A DNA stretch of 64,000 nucleotides from Bacteroidota bacterium (GCA_030830805.1 JAURMH010000043.1:1248-65247); one strand, 5' to 3'; positions 38,115 to 47,372 are shown, numbered from the stretch's first letter. Notes: a model not told the origin generated them from the sequence alone. A program made the numbers and translations.

Positions 38115-39351
38115 TGATTTTTGCGTCTTCGAAGTTAAAGGTAAGTGAGAATCTTAAGGTATTCTCTAATGGGTTTTGTTGTTTTGTTGGAATTAAATAA
38201 GAAAGATCGATCCCAAAAATATTATATTTAATACCTGCTCCTATCGTAAAGTATTGCCTATCTCCTTTAGTTGGGTGTTCGTAAAAGTAACCTGCCCTTA
38301 AAGCAAATTGTTTATCGTACCAATATTCAAAACCTGCTGAGTAATATATTTCTCTAAACTCTTCTTGCATGCCACCTGGCGCATCGTTAAACGATTGCAT
38401 GATTCCAGTTGGTACAGAAACGTTAGGGTCTTTACCTGAAATAATTTTTCGTGTGCCGTCTAAATTATAAATCGGATTATTTAAAGTATCGTATGCGTAA
38501 ATAGGAGGGGTGGGCACTAATAATTTATTGGCTTCCACAAATGCAGAAATTTCGTTGTAGTCATCTAATTTCATTTTTCCACCAACACCTATTTTTAAAT
38601 TAGTTGGAATAAAAAAGCGATCCGTAGAGTTTGTATAATTCATTTTAGCACCTACATTCGAAACACATGCGCCAAAAGTTAGGGTCGTTCTTTTACCATC
38701 AACAATTAAATCTGGATTTTGATAATAGGTTGAAAGGTCTACTGCCACACTTCTTCCAGGCATGATATCTTGCCCCGATGCAGCTAATTGCCCTTGCGCT
38801 AAATCGGAATTAATAAATCGAAACGCTGTTCCTAATCCTAGTCTGTCTGAAAGTTTTCTAGTATAAGATAAGTCAAGTGCAAATTCGTTTGGATTACCTT
38901 GCCCGGTTACATTTCCGGCATTGTCGGTAAAGGTAATATCTCCTAAAGAAAAGTATCTCAAAGATGCACCGAAAACTTGCTTGTTGTCTAATTTATAATA
39001 GCCAGATAAATAAGCAAGGTTAATATCTGGAACTAATTTTTGTAACCATGGGGTATAAGAAATACCAATTGCATATTGTCTATCAACAAAAGCAAACTTA
39101 GAAGGATTCCAATGATTCGAATTGACATCTGCGCTACTTGCAACACCACCATCGCCCATTGCACCAGCTCTAGAATCTGGACCAATTAATAAAAAAGGCA
39201 CCGCAGTGGTAATGGCATTTACGGCATCACCATTTCCATTTAAGTTTTGCGTGCTAATTTGCGCCGATGCACTTTGCATCATTCCGCAAAACAAGACAGC
39301 GAAAAAAATAGTTTTTCTAAAAACAACTGAATATTTACTTTTTAATTTCAT
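38104..39351 (-). CDS. porV: T9SS outer-membrane channel/shuttle protein PorV (LptO)
   Basis: It has a signal peptide and the hallmark N-terminal segment TTAVPFLLIGPDSRAGAMGDGGVA. It has an FadL-like beta-barrel pattern and lies immediately downstream of porU. Confidence 0.85.
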   Translation of the reverse strand: MKLKSKYSVVFRKTIFFAVLFCGMMQSASAQISTQNLNGNGDAVNAITTAVPFLLIGPDSRAGAMGDGGVASSADVNSNHWNPSKFAFVDRQYAIGISYTPWLQKLVPDINLAYLSGYYKLDNKQVFGASLRYFSLGDITFTDNAGNVTGQGNPNEFALDLSYTRKLSDRLGLGTAFRFINSDLAQGQLAASGQDIMPGRSVAVDLSTYYQNPDLIVDGKRTTLTFGACVSNVGAKMNYTNSTDRFFIPTNLKIGVGGKMKLDDYNEISAFVEANKLLVPTPPIYAYDTLNNPIYNLDGTRKIISGKDPNVSVPTGIMQSFNDAPGGMQEEFREIYYSAGFEYWYDKQFALRAGYFYEHPTKGDRQYFTIGAGIKYNIFGIDLSYLIPTKQQNPLENTLRFSLTFNFEDAKINEN

Positions 39352-39384
39352 CTATAATAATTTATATGCGATTGCCTATATTTT

Positions 39385-39392
39385 CAAAGATA
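39385..39392 (-). promoter_or_regulatory. candidate -7 promoter box for porV
   Basis: Minus-strand TATCTTTG, 33 nt upstream of the ATG at 39351, in the 59-nt porU-porV gap. Confidence 0.4.
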
Positions 39393-39410
39393 GAAAAATA
39401 AGGCAAAAGC

Positions 39411-42400
39411 TTAATTTAACAATACTAGCTTTTCTGTTTTTTCGGCACTTTGTCCATTTGCAGTGCGAATTTTTAATCGGTATACATAAACGCCTCTGCC
39501 AATTTTATCGCCAAAATCATCTTTCCCATCCCATAGAATACCTGTCACTCTTGCGCCATTACCGCTTGTATTTTGGTTGATTGTTTTAACTAATTTGCCA
39601 GAAACGGTAAATATTTGCACTTGTACTTGTAAGTTTTCGCTTCCACCATTGTGTTCAAACTGAAAATCTGTTTGTGTGGTAAAAGGGTTTGGATAATTTA
39701 ACACATGTTGTAATTGCAACCCTTCAGATGATACAACTGTAAATGCAGTATTGCTTTCTGACGAATTATTGAAAACATCCCAAGCTTTAATTTTTAAAGT
39801 ATAATTACCTGCTGTTAATTTATTGAAAGGATAATTAATTTCTCCTTCTTGGTAGCTATCTAATTTTGATTCGTAATATTGATTTAAATCGATAGTTTCC
39901 GACTTAGCATCTTTAGTAATAGTAGCGGTTAAATTATGGCCAATTCCATTACCAACGGTGTTAATACCATTGGCGTCCTTTAACTTCACAATTAAAGTTG
40001 GATTTTCGTTGGTGATGCCCCCCATTACAAAGTTTTCGGAATTCAAAAAAGTTTTAATTTCTGGTCCAATTTTATCCGAATTGCTAGCATTTGCAGACCC
40101 TCCAATGATAATGCTATCATACGATCCGATGGCCTCTTGTGCGTCCAATTGCGCATAGTAACTGAGTCTGCCAGCGCCTGCTTGATACGAAATATCTTTC
40201 GGCACGACAAAATTAAAATCAAAAGAACCATTCGTTACACTTACTTTACCTTTGTAAATAATATTTTTTTGAATGTCGAAATTTTGCACCCTACTTCCAT
40301 TTACGCCAATATCTTGACCAAGCGTTTTAAGGGTAGTTTTTTTATCAAAAATACTTGGATATAAAACACCCGAAACATTGTTCAGTTTGTTGCCATTTTG
40401 ATCGGCAATATATCCTTTGATATTTACTAAACTTTGCGCTTTTAAAGTGTCTAAGTTTTTATCACTGATTAATTTTTCATTTACTTTTTGGGTAACGATA
40501 CGGTATTGCGGAATAGCAAATGGTAAGGAAGGGTCGCCCAATAAAGAAAAATTTCTTTGATTAATAGTCAAGCCTAAGCCATTTAAGTTTTTACTTTTTC
40601 TAAATAAATCGCCAAGCGTATTATTGCTACCTATATTCGTAGCATCATAAAGTGCTTTGATAAAACTTTGGTTAATGGCTTCGTTTTCATTCGCAAAAAC
40701 AACCCTAGTAGTTGTAAACATTGCAATTGCGCCACCTTCTGCATTTAATAAGCATTGTTCTCCTGCCGATTGAAATGCAGGGTCATCCCATCTACTAATC
40801 GAACAAGTTGCGGTAAAAAGTAAAGGCATGCTTGTTTTGTTTTTCCAAGAACGGATGTCATCTAGTGTAAGAACTTTTTCGTGTGCAAGGCCAACCTCTC
40901 CACCATGACCAATATAATTAATTACCAATGCACCTGCAGCCATCGCTTGGTTAATAGCGTTGTTTACTTCAGGGTAACGGCTGCCAGCTGGAGTGCTAAT
41001 TTGCGGATAGGCATCTAAATATATTTTATCAATATTATAATTGTTAGTTAGTTTTCTGATGGTTCGGTAATGATTTTCCGCATGATTTAAATGTAAGTTG
41101 CCGTCTTGGTCGTCGGCTACTAAAACATATTTATTTTTCCAGTCGCCTCTTAAGCTGCTGTAAGAAATTAATTTGTCAACCATTTGCCTTGCTTCTAAAG
41201 CTGATTGAATAGGCATTCTGCCAACGGCTACATCTAAGGCAGCGGCACCATATACTGGATTTCCGTTGTAGTCAAAATCGCCTTCGGTTTCGTCCAGCAG
41301 TCCAAAAAAATCATCGCTCACATAAGAGCCAAAAGGCGAGTGGGAATTTCTGCTTTCAAAGGAGGTTACAAAGTTTGTGTTGTTTTTTACATAACCAATA
41401 TTGTCATAAGAGCCATCGCCAAATAATAATAAATACTTTGGCATGTTTGCTTCATTATTTCCTGCTCTATCATAAAACATTTTAACAAAATCTCTAATAG
41501 CACTAGCGTCTTTTACGCCTGCACTAAATTCATTGAAAATTTTATCTTCAGTAATTACTAATACCCGTAAATTATTATTTGTTCTTCGGAAGGCAGCTAA
41601 ACGCTCTGCTTCAGACATAAAATCTGGAGCGGCAATAATAATGAGATCTACAAAATCGAGCGCGTGTAAATCTTGGTTATCTATTTTTTCTAGGATTTCT
41701 GGCTTTGGAAAATTAGTTCCTTTAAATACAGCAAACTCTTTTAACACCTCTGTTTTATTGGTAAACTGTGCAACGTTATTGTTTACAGTAAATAATTGAT
41801 TTACTGGATTTGTTTTGTTCGTAATATCCCAAATAGTTATTTCGCTTGGATTAATAGCATCAATATTAAACTGACTAATTTTGCCCCTGCCAAAACTTTC
41901 TATACTACTAAAATTTAAAAAATTACCATTTAATTTTAATTTACTGATGGCGTTAATTTGAATGAAGTTTAAATAACCGGTTGCAGTTAGGTCTGGTTTG
42001 TTATAGGTAATATTTATCAGCAGGTTTTCAGTTGGATTAGGAACCGTTGTATAGCCCGTACTTACTAATGATCCGTATGATGCGTCATAACTAAACTCTA
42101 CGCCACCACAAGTTAAGTTGTTAGTTGTAACGCCATTTGCTTTAATCACAAAAGAGCTATTGGCTGGGCTTTGTGATCGACCAATTAAATCTGCCCTAAA
42201 TTTAATGGGTTTACCGATAGCTAATTCGGGAAGCGTAAATTTAAAATCATAAGAAAGTAAATTGCTGAATTCCTCCCCCCATCTTTCTCTGCCGCTTTTA
42301 ATCGTTAAATTTACTCCTGTAGAATTATTCAATTCATGTAATTCAAAATAATTATAAGTGTCTATAATTTTATTTGGTACTTCGTTTATGCTTTCTTGAT

Positions 42401-43277
42401 TTGCAATTCTTTTGCCAGGGCCTATATCTGCTGTGATAAAATAATTACTTTTTAAAGTGTAAGAATTGGTAGTATGCGAAAAAGTATTTTGAATGGTATC
42501 TGGATAAATATTGTTTGGTCCAAATGCATAAAACAGAACATAGTCTGTTTCATTAAATTTGCCATCGGCCTCTCCAAAAACCAAAATCGGATTTTCAATT
42601 AAGTCGTCGTAACGGCTTGCGCTATTGATTTCTGGAAGTATGCCTCCACCATTTCCATATATGCGAATATTTCTTGGGTCAATCGTTTCTGGATTGAGGC
42701 CCATCTTTTTTAATTCAGCAAAACCAATTTTATATATGCCATTGTTCTCAATGCCAAGTTTAGTCCATGTTCCATTTTTTAAAACGGAATGAGCAGCATA
42801 ATTTCTAGTATTAGGAACATTTTTCTTTACCGAAGAGGAAATTAATTTCACATCAAAAGAAACTAATCTTTCGATTTTTCCGGATTGGCTGTTTTTTCTG
42901 AAGGGTACAACGGAAACGAGTAAAGAGGGAATTTTCTTTTCAAAAACAACCGTCGCATGAATGCTTGCTGCTCCGGTTAATTGGGTGCTAATTAAGTTAT
43001 CGTATGCAATGGCAGCAGGCTCGTAAATTGGATTGATTAAAACAGCTTCGGTAAAATTGCCTGCAAACTTTTTATTCCAAATAGGCATGTGTTTAAGTTG
43101 CACATCAAAAATAGCCTCCTCAAATAGCTCCACTTTTTGCGACTGCGATTTAACATCTGCAAATTCGTTGACGATCCAATTTAGTTTATAGGAGTTTAAC
43201 TGCTGAGCCATGGTTAAGCCCGAATGCGCGGTAAAGCCTAAAAAAAGGTAAAAAAAGAGGTATTTCTTGAATTTCAT
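39411..43277 (-). CDS. porU: T9SS C-terminal signal peptidase/sortase PorU (C25 gingipain-like)
   Basis: About 1288 aa with a signal peptide (MKFKKYLFFYLFLGF...). The gingipain-like core has IGHGGEVGLAHE and ATCSISRWDDP (His/Cys). It carries its own CTD (YPNPFTTQTDF...GVYVYRLKIRT). The gene order with porV and gldJ matches my recollection of the Flavobacterium johnsoniae locus. Confidence 0.85.
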   Translation of the reverse strand: MKFKKYLFFYLFLGFTAHSGLTMAQQLNSYKLNWIVNEFADVKSQSQKVELFEEAIFDVQLKHMPIWNKKFAGNFTEAVLINPIYEPAAIAYDNLISTQLTGAASIHATVVFEKKIPSLLVSVVPFRKNSQSGKIERLVSFDVKLISSSVKKNVPNTRNYAAHSVLKNGTWTKLGIENNGIYKIGFAELKKMGLNPETIDPRNIRIYGNGGGILPEINSASRYDDLIENPILVFGEADGKFNETDYVLFYAFGPNNIYPDTIQNTFSHTTNSYTLKSNYFITADIGPGKRIANQESINEVPNKIIDTYNYFELHELNNSTGVNLTIKSGRERWGEEFSNLLSYDFKFTLPELAIGKPIKFRADLIGRSQSPANSSFVIKANGVTTNNLTCGGVEFSYDASYGSLVSTGYTTVPNPTENLLINITYNKPDLTATGYLNFIQINAISKLKLNGNFLNFSSIESFGRGKISQFNIDAINPSEITIWDITNKTNPVNQLFTVNNNVAQFTNKTEVLKEFAVFKGTNFPKPEILEKIDNQDLHALDFVDLIIIAAPDFMSEAERLAAFRRTNNNLRVLVITEDKIFNEFSAGVKDASAIRDFVKMFYDRAGNNEANMPKYLLLFGDGSYDNIGYVKNNTNFVTSFESRNSHSPFGSYVSDDFFGLLDETEGDFDYNGNPVYGAAALDVAVGRMPIQSALEARQMVDKLISYSSLRGDWKNKYVLVADDQDGNLHLNHAENHYRTIRKLTNNYNIDKIYLDAYPQISTPAGSRYPEVNNAINQAMAAGALVINYIGHGGEVGLAHEKVLTLDDIRSWKNKTSMPLLFTATCSISRWDDPAFQSAGEQCLLNAEGGAIAMFTTTRVVFANENEAINQSFIKALYDATNIGSNNTLGDLFRKSKNLNGLGLTINQRNFSLLGDPSLPFAIPQYRIVTQKVNEKLISDKNLDTLKAQSLVNIKGYIADQNGNKLNNVSGVLYPSIFDKKTTLKTLGQDIGVNGSRVQNFDIQKNIIYKGKVSVTNGSFDFNFVVPKDISYQAGAGRLSYYAQLDAQEAIGSYDSIIIGGSANASNSDKIGPEIKTFLNSENFVMGGITNENPTLIVKLKDANGINTVGNGIGHNLTATITKDAKSETIDLNQYYESKLDSYQEGEINYPFNKLTAGNYTLKIKAWDVFNNSSESNTAFTVVSSEGLQLQHVLNYPNPFTTQTDFQFEHNGGSENLQVQVQIFTVSGKLVKTINQNTSGNGARVTGILWDGKDDFGDKIGRGVYVYRLKIRTANGQSAEKTEKLVLLN

Positions 43278-43310
43278 TTTGCGATTGGTAGTAAAAATAA
43301 GGCTATTTCT

Positions 43311-43318
43311 CAAAAATA
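43311..43318 (-). promoter_or_regulatory. candidate -7 promoter box for porU
   Basis: Minus-strand TATTTTTG, 33 nt upstream of the ATG at 43277. Confidence 0.4.
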
Positions 43319-43399
43319 ACCCCAAATTTCATTAAAATTCCTGTTTTAACGGATATTAGTGTATAAAATTGCCTATTTTTATTCAATAAATATTTTATC

Positions 43400-43407
43400 T
43401 ATATTTG
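43400..43407 (+). promoter_or_regulatory. candidate -7 promoter box for the porP-like gene and gldJ
   Basis: TATATTTG, 45 nt upstream of the ATG at 43453, in the divergent porU/porP-like intergenic region. Confidence 0.4.
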
Positions 43408-43417
43408 ATGTTCTGAC

Positions 43418-43438
43418 TTAGAATAGCATATATTCTAA
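43418..43438. repeat. inverted repeat TTAGAATA-gcata-TATTCTAA in the porP-like leader
   Basis: Perfect 8-bp arms (43418-43425 and 43431-43438) lie between the candidate -7 box and the ATG at 43453. Confidence 0.5.
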
Positions 43439-43452
43439 AATTGTTTTTACCT

Positions 43453-44424
43453 ATGTTAAAAAAGAAATTAGGATTATTATTTTTTGGTTTATTTGCCTTA
43501 ACTGCTGTGAAAGCGCAAGACCCTCATTATTCGCAGTTTTACGCAGCGCCTCTTTACTTAAACCCCGCGTTTGCAGGCACTGCAGATGGTCCTAGAGTTA
43601 TTTTAAATCACCGTAATCAATGGCCAGGAATTAATAAAGCTTACCGAAACACTGCTTTCTCTTATGATCAATATATGCCAAATTTAAATGGTGGAATTGG
43701 TATAATGGTTGCAAACGATAATCAAGCAAATGGCGTTTTTAAGGCAACTCGTGTAACTGCAGTTTACTCTTATAATTTAAAAGTAAACAGAAAAGTAATG
43801 ATTAAGCCAGCTATTTCCACATCTTATTCAGCTAATTCGGTGAACACCAATAATTTAATTTGGGGTTACGATGCACAAGGCACACCAATTTATACTACTA
43901 ACGACCCCTCAGCAGGTAATTTAAATGCCAGCTATTTGGATTTTGGAACAGGCGCTATCTTATTTACAGAGAACTTTTTTGGAGGTTTCTCCATTGATCA
44001 TTTAACCGAACCAAATCAGTCTTTTGATGGTGGAAATTCGCCATTGCCTCGTAAATACACGATACATGCTGGCGGTTTTATACCAGTTGGTAAAAGACAA
44101 TATAATGCCTCTATTTCGCCAAATATATTATACCAACAACAAGGGTCTAATAGTCAGTTGAACATTGGTATGTATTACAACAGAGGCCCAATTGTAGCGG
44201 GCACTTGGTATCGTTCTAGTTTTGTAAATGGCGATTCTTTTATTGGCTTAGTAGGCTTTAAATACGATATTTACAAATTTGGCTATAGCTATGATATCAT
44301 CACCTCAGATTTAAGGGCTTCCGCATCTGGCGCACATGAATTTTCATTGTCAATTCAATTGCAACAACCGCCTTCGAAGGCTAAGGGTAAAAATTACAAG
44401 CGTGTAAATTGCCCTTCTTTCTAA
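43453..44424 (+). CDS. PorP/SprF family T9SS membrane protein
   Basis: It has a signal peptide followed by the family signature QDPHYSQFYAAPLYLNPAFAG, and a beta-barrel-like C-terminus. The ATG at 43453 is preferred over the TTG at 43441. Confidence 0.8.
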   Translation: MLKKKLGLLFFGLFALTAVKAQDPHYSQFYAAPLYLNPAFAGTADGPRVILNHRNQWPGINKAYRNTAFSYDQYMPNLNGGIGIMVANDNQANGVFKATRVTAVYSYNLKVNRKVMIKPAISTSYSANSVNTNNLIWGYDAQGTPIYTTNDPSAGNLNASYLDFGTGAILFTENFFGGFSIDHLTEPNQSFDGGNSPLPRKYTIHAGGFIPVGKRQYNASISPNILYQQQGSNSQLNIGMYYNRGPIVAGTWYRSSFVNGDSFIGLVGFKYDIYKFGYSYDIITSDLRASASGAHEFSLSIQLQQPPSKAKGKNYKRVNCPSF

Positions 44425-44481
44425 GGATTTGAATAATAATAAATATATTTACTTCGTTAAATCTTAATTCAACACCGCTAA

Positions 44482-44498
44482 TTTGGCAATATGCCAAA
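44482..44498. repeat. 17-bp palindrome TTTGGCA-ata-TGCCAAA upstream of gldJ
   Basis: Perfect 7-bp inverted arms (44482-44488 and 44492-44498) lie 28 nt upstream of the gldJ ATG. There is no flanking T-run, so it is not a terminator. Confidence 0.55.
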
Positions 44499-44526
44499 AA
44501 CGCAAAACAAATAAAATAACATACAG

Positions 44527-45942
44527 ATGAAAAAATTAATCAATTTTTCTGTTTACTTTTTGATGGCAGGTATGCTAGTTACTGTTTCATCATGTTCTGA
44601 GAAATCAGCAAGAACAGGTTGGAAATACAACGACAAAAAGAACGGTGGCTTTCAAGTTTACAAAGACGCAGAACAAGCAACAGGACCAGGTTTAATCTTC
44701 GTAGAAGGTGGAACTTTTGTAATGGGTTCTATGGAGCAAGATTTAGCTTTCGATAATGATAATTACGAAAGAAGAGTTTCTGTTTCTTCTTTTTATATGG
44801 ATGAAACCGAAGTAACAAATGTGGACTATTGCGAATATTTATATTGGTTAAAGCGTGTATATGGTGCAGATTATCCTGAAGTCTATGAAAAAGCTTTGCC
44901 AGATACTTTAGCTTGGAGAAATCCACTTGGATTTAATGAGCCGTATGTAGATAACTACTTACGCCATCCAGCATACAAAAACTATCCAGTAGTAGGCGTT
45001 TCTTGGACTCAAGCAAATGAATATTGCGCTTGGAGAACTGATCGCGTAAACGAAAGAATTTTAATTGAGAAAGGAATCTTAAAAGACAATCCTAATCAAG
45101 TGAACGAAGACAACTTCAATACACAAGCTTATCTTTCTGGCCAATATGAAGGTATGGTTAAAAAGAATTTGAAAAATTTAGATCCAAATGGCGAACCAAC
45201 ACGTCGTGTGCGTTTAGAGGACGGTATTTTATTACCTAATTACCGTTTGCCAACAGAGGCAGAATGGGAATATGCAGCAAAAGCATTGAAAGGTAATTCG
45301 CAATTTGAAAATGTAAATCAAAAAAGACTTTATGCTTGGAATGGTCTAACTACCCGTGATCCAGAAGGGAAAGGAAAAGGTATTATGTATGCCAATTATA
45401 AGAGAGGTCGTGGAGATAACATGGGTGTTGCTGGTTACTTAAATGATAGTTACGACATTACTGGTCCGGTAAGAGCATTTGTTCCTAACGATTTTGGTTT
45501 ATATAATATGGCTGGAAATGTGAGTGAATGGGTGATGGATGTTTACCGTCCTTTATCTCCAGAAGATAAAAGCGATTTCAATCCATTCCGTGGAAACGTA
45601 TATACTAAACCAGCTTCGGATGCCGATGGAAACATTGCAGAGAAAGATAGTTTAGGACATGTAAAAAGAGTGGTTGATTACGATGCCTATGCAAGCCCTG
45701 ATAAACGCGGTGACATTGACGATGAGTCTATGTATGCTTATGGTGTAACCAGTATGATTAATAACAAAGCAAGAGTATACAAAGGTGGATCTTGGAATGA
45801 TCGTGCTTATTTCTTGAATCCTGGTGTTCGCAGATTTATGGATGAAGATGCATCTACCTCAGATATCGGATTCCGTTGTGCGATGGTTAGATTAGGATCA
45901 CAAGACGCAAAGAAATTTAAAGCTAGAAAACCTAATAAATAA
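44527..45942 (+). CDS. gldJ: gliding motility lipoprotein GldJ (SUMF1/FGE-fold, GldJ/GldK/PorK family)
   Basis: It has a lipobox (VTVSSC) and the FGE-sulfatase-like fold pattern (FVEGGTFVMG, YPVVGVSW, RLPTEAEWEYAA, GNVSEWV, GGSW, GFRC). The call is GldJ rather than GldK because it sits next to porU/porV and no gldLMN genes follow it. Confidence 0.7.
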   Translation: MKKLINFSVYFLMAGMLVTVSSCSEKSARTGWKYNDKKNGGFQVYKDAEQATGPGLIFVEGGTFVMGSMEQDLAFDNDNYERRVSVSSFYMDETEVTNVDYCEYLYWLKRVYGADYPEVYEKALPDTLAWRNPLGFNEPYVDNYLRHPAYKNYPVVGVSWTQANEYCAWRTDRVNERILIEKGILKDNPNQVNEDNFNTQAYLSGQYEGMVKKNLKNLDPNGEPTRRVRLEDGILLPNYRLPTEAEWEYAAKALKGNSQFENVNQKRLYAWNGLTTRDPEGKGKGIMYANYKRGRGDNMGVAGYLNDSYDITGPVRAFVPNDFGLYNMAGNVSEWVMDVYRPLSPEDKSDFNPFRGNVYTKPASDADGNIAEKDSLGHVKRVVDYDAYASPDKRGDIDDESMYAYGVTSMINNKARVYKGGSWNDRAYFLNPGVRRFMDEDASTSDIGFRCAMVRLGSQDAKKFKARKPNK

Positions 45943-45963
45943 TTTTAGCTATACAACATTTAC

Positions 45964-45993
45964 ACCCTCGGATTACATCCGGGGGTTTTTTTT
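45964..45993 (+). terminator. intrinsic terminator after gldJ
   Basis: A 9-bp stem (45964-45972 pairs with 45978-45986, one G-U) has a 5-nt loop and is followed by a T8 run ending 3 nt before the next ATG. Confidence 0.8.
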
Positions 45994-45996
45994 GAT

Positions 45997-46776
45997 ATGC
46001 AAGAAGGCGGTTTAAGATTTTCGAAAAATTCAAGTATAACAAGTCATCCATTGGTGTCTGTTATTACGGTGGTATACAATTGCGAACAGCTTATTGAACG
46101 CACCTTGCGCTCGGTTGCAAATCAAACTGCGAAAAATATAGAACATGTAATCATCGACGGAGCTTCTAAAGACCAAACACTCGCTATTGTAAAATCTTTT
46201 CCAAACGGAGTTGCGTATTGGCTTTCGGAGAAAGATAATGGAATCTATGATGCTATGAATAAAGGCATCCAAAAAGCAAATGGAACCTATCTTATTTTTT
46301 TGAATTCGGGCGATGAGTTTTTCGCAAACGATACTATTGAAAAAGTATTTCAAAACAATGAAAATGCCGATGTTTATTATGGTGATACCATTATCACTAA
46401 CGAACAAGGACAGGCATTAAGAAACAGAAGATTACGACCACCCACAAATCTTTCCTGGCAAAGCATGCAAATGGGAATGATTGTTTGTCACCAATCTATT
46501 TTTGTCAAAAAAACCATTGCTATGCCATATCAAATAAAGTACCGTATTTCGGCAGATATTGATTGGGTTATTCGCTGTTTAAAACAAGCAAAAGTAGTTT
46601 GCAACACCCAATTAGTTATCTCAAAATTTTTGGATGGGGGTATGTCGCAAACCAATCAGAGAAAGGGTTTGCAAGAACGCTACGAAATTTTAAATTTTCA
46701 TTTCGGCTATCTAAAAAACGGATTCAATCATTTAAAAATGATTGGACGATTGCTTGCCAATAAATTAATAAATTAA
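45997..46776 (+). CDS. family 2 glycosyltransferase
   Basis: It has the GT2 N-terminal motifs (VSVITVVYN, IDGASKD, DNGIYDAMNKG, NSGD). Confidence 0.85.
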   Translation: MQEGGLRFSKNSSITSHPLVSVITVVYNCEQLIERTLRSVANQTAKNIEHVIIDGASKDQTLAIVKSFPNGVAYWLSEKDNGIYDAMNKGIQKANGTYLIFLNSGDEFFANDTIEKVFQNNENADVYYGDTIITNEQGQALRNRRLRPPTNLSWQSMQMGMIVCHQSIFVKKTIAMPYQIKYRISADIDWVIRCLKQAKVVCNTQLVISKFLDGGMSQTNQRKGLQERYEILNFHFGYLKNGFNHLKMIGRLLANKLIN

Positions 46777-47372
46777 AAAATTGATTTCATAGCAGACCAC
46801 CAAATTACTTTTTGCGCTTGGTTGCTGCTGAGCTCTTCTAAAGAACTTGCTAGTAAAAATGGACAGTCTTCAATTCGAAATACCGTGTTGATAGGCACTT
46901 CTTTTTCGATACCAATTTTAGCTAATTCTATGCCAAAGCCGATCACTTTATTACAGCTAAAGAATTCTTTTAAAGATTTAAAATGAAGCGCTTCGCATTG
47001 TTGTAAATTGACAATGGCAACATCTCTCAATTCAAGTTTGAGCGCAGCTAAAGTTTTTTCTAATAGCAACAGATCTGTTGCGCGTATAATTTCACTTTTT
47101 AATGGCTGGTCTATCAGAATTAAAATATATTTATTGTTCTCCCCAAGGTAATTGTAATGAACACTAGTAGGCGTTTGATCTGAAGAGCGCATAGCTTCTT
47201 GTTGGGAAGATATAGCTGTTTCGGCGGCAATTGCCTGTTTCTCTAGAGTCGGCTCTTTTGCGATTAAGCTAGCTTGATCCAATTGGCTTGTGCTCTCGTC
47301 TATATGATAAACCTCCGAGCCTAAAAGGGCGGTTAAAACGGCTGAATTAGTAGAAAGAAGAGGATTTTGCAT
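46773..47372 (-). CDS. hypothetical cytoplasmic protein
   Basis: 199 aa ORF with no signal peptide. The N-terminal half is low-complexity and rich in Ser/Gln/Ala; the C-terminal half looks like an ordered alpha/beta region. No motif was recognised. Confidence 0.45.
   Translation of the reverse strand: MQNPLLSTNSAVLTALLGSEVYHIDESTSQLDQASLIAKEPTLEKQAIAAETAISSQQEAMRSSDQTPTSVHYNYLGENNKYILILIDQPLKSEIIRATDLLLLEKTLAALKLELRDVAIVNLQQCEALHFKSLKEFFSCNKVIGFGIELAKIGIEKEVPINTVFRIEDCPFLLASSLEELSSNQAQKVIWWSAMKSIF

Noticed and set aside
44482-44498. Possible sigma-54 (-24 TGGCA / -12 TTGC) promoter reading of the gldJ-upstream palindrome.
   Set aside because: The downstream half reads TGCCAA, not TTGC at the required spacing. 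It fits a simple palindrome better than an RpoN promoter.
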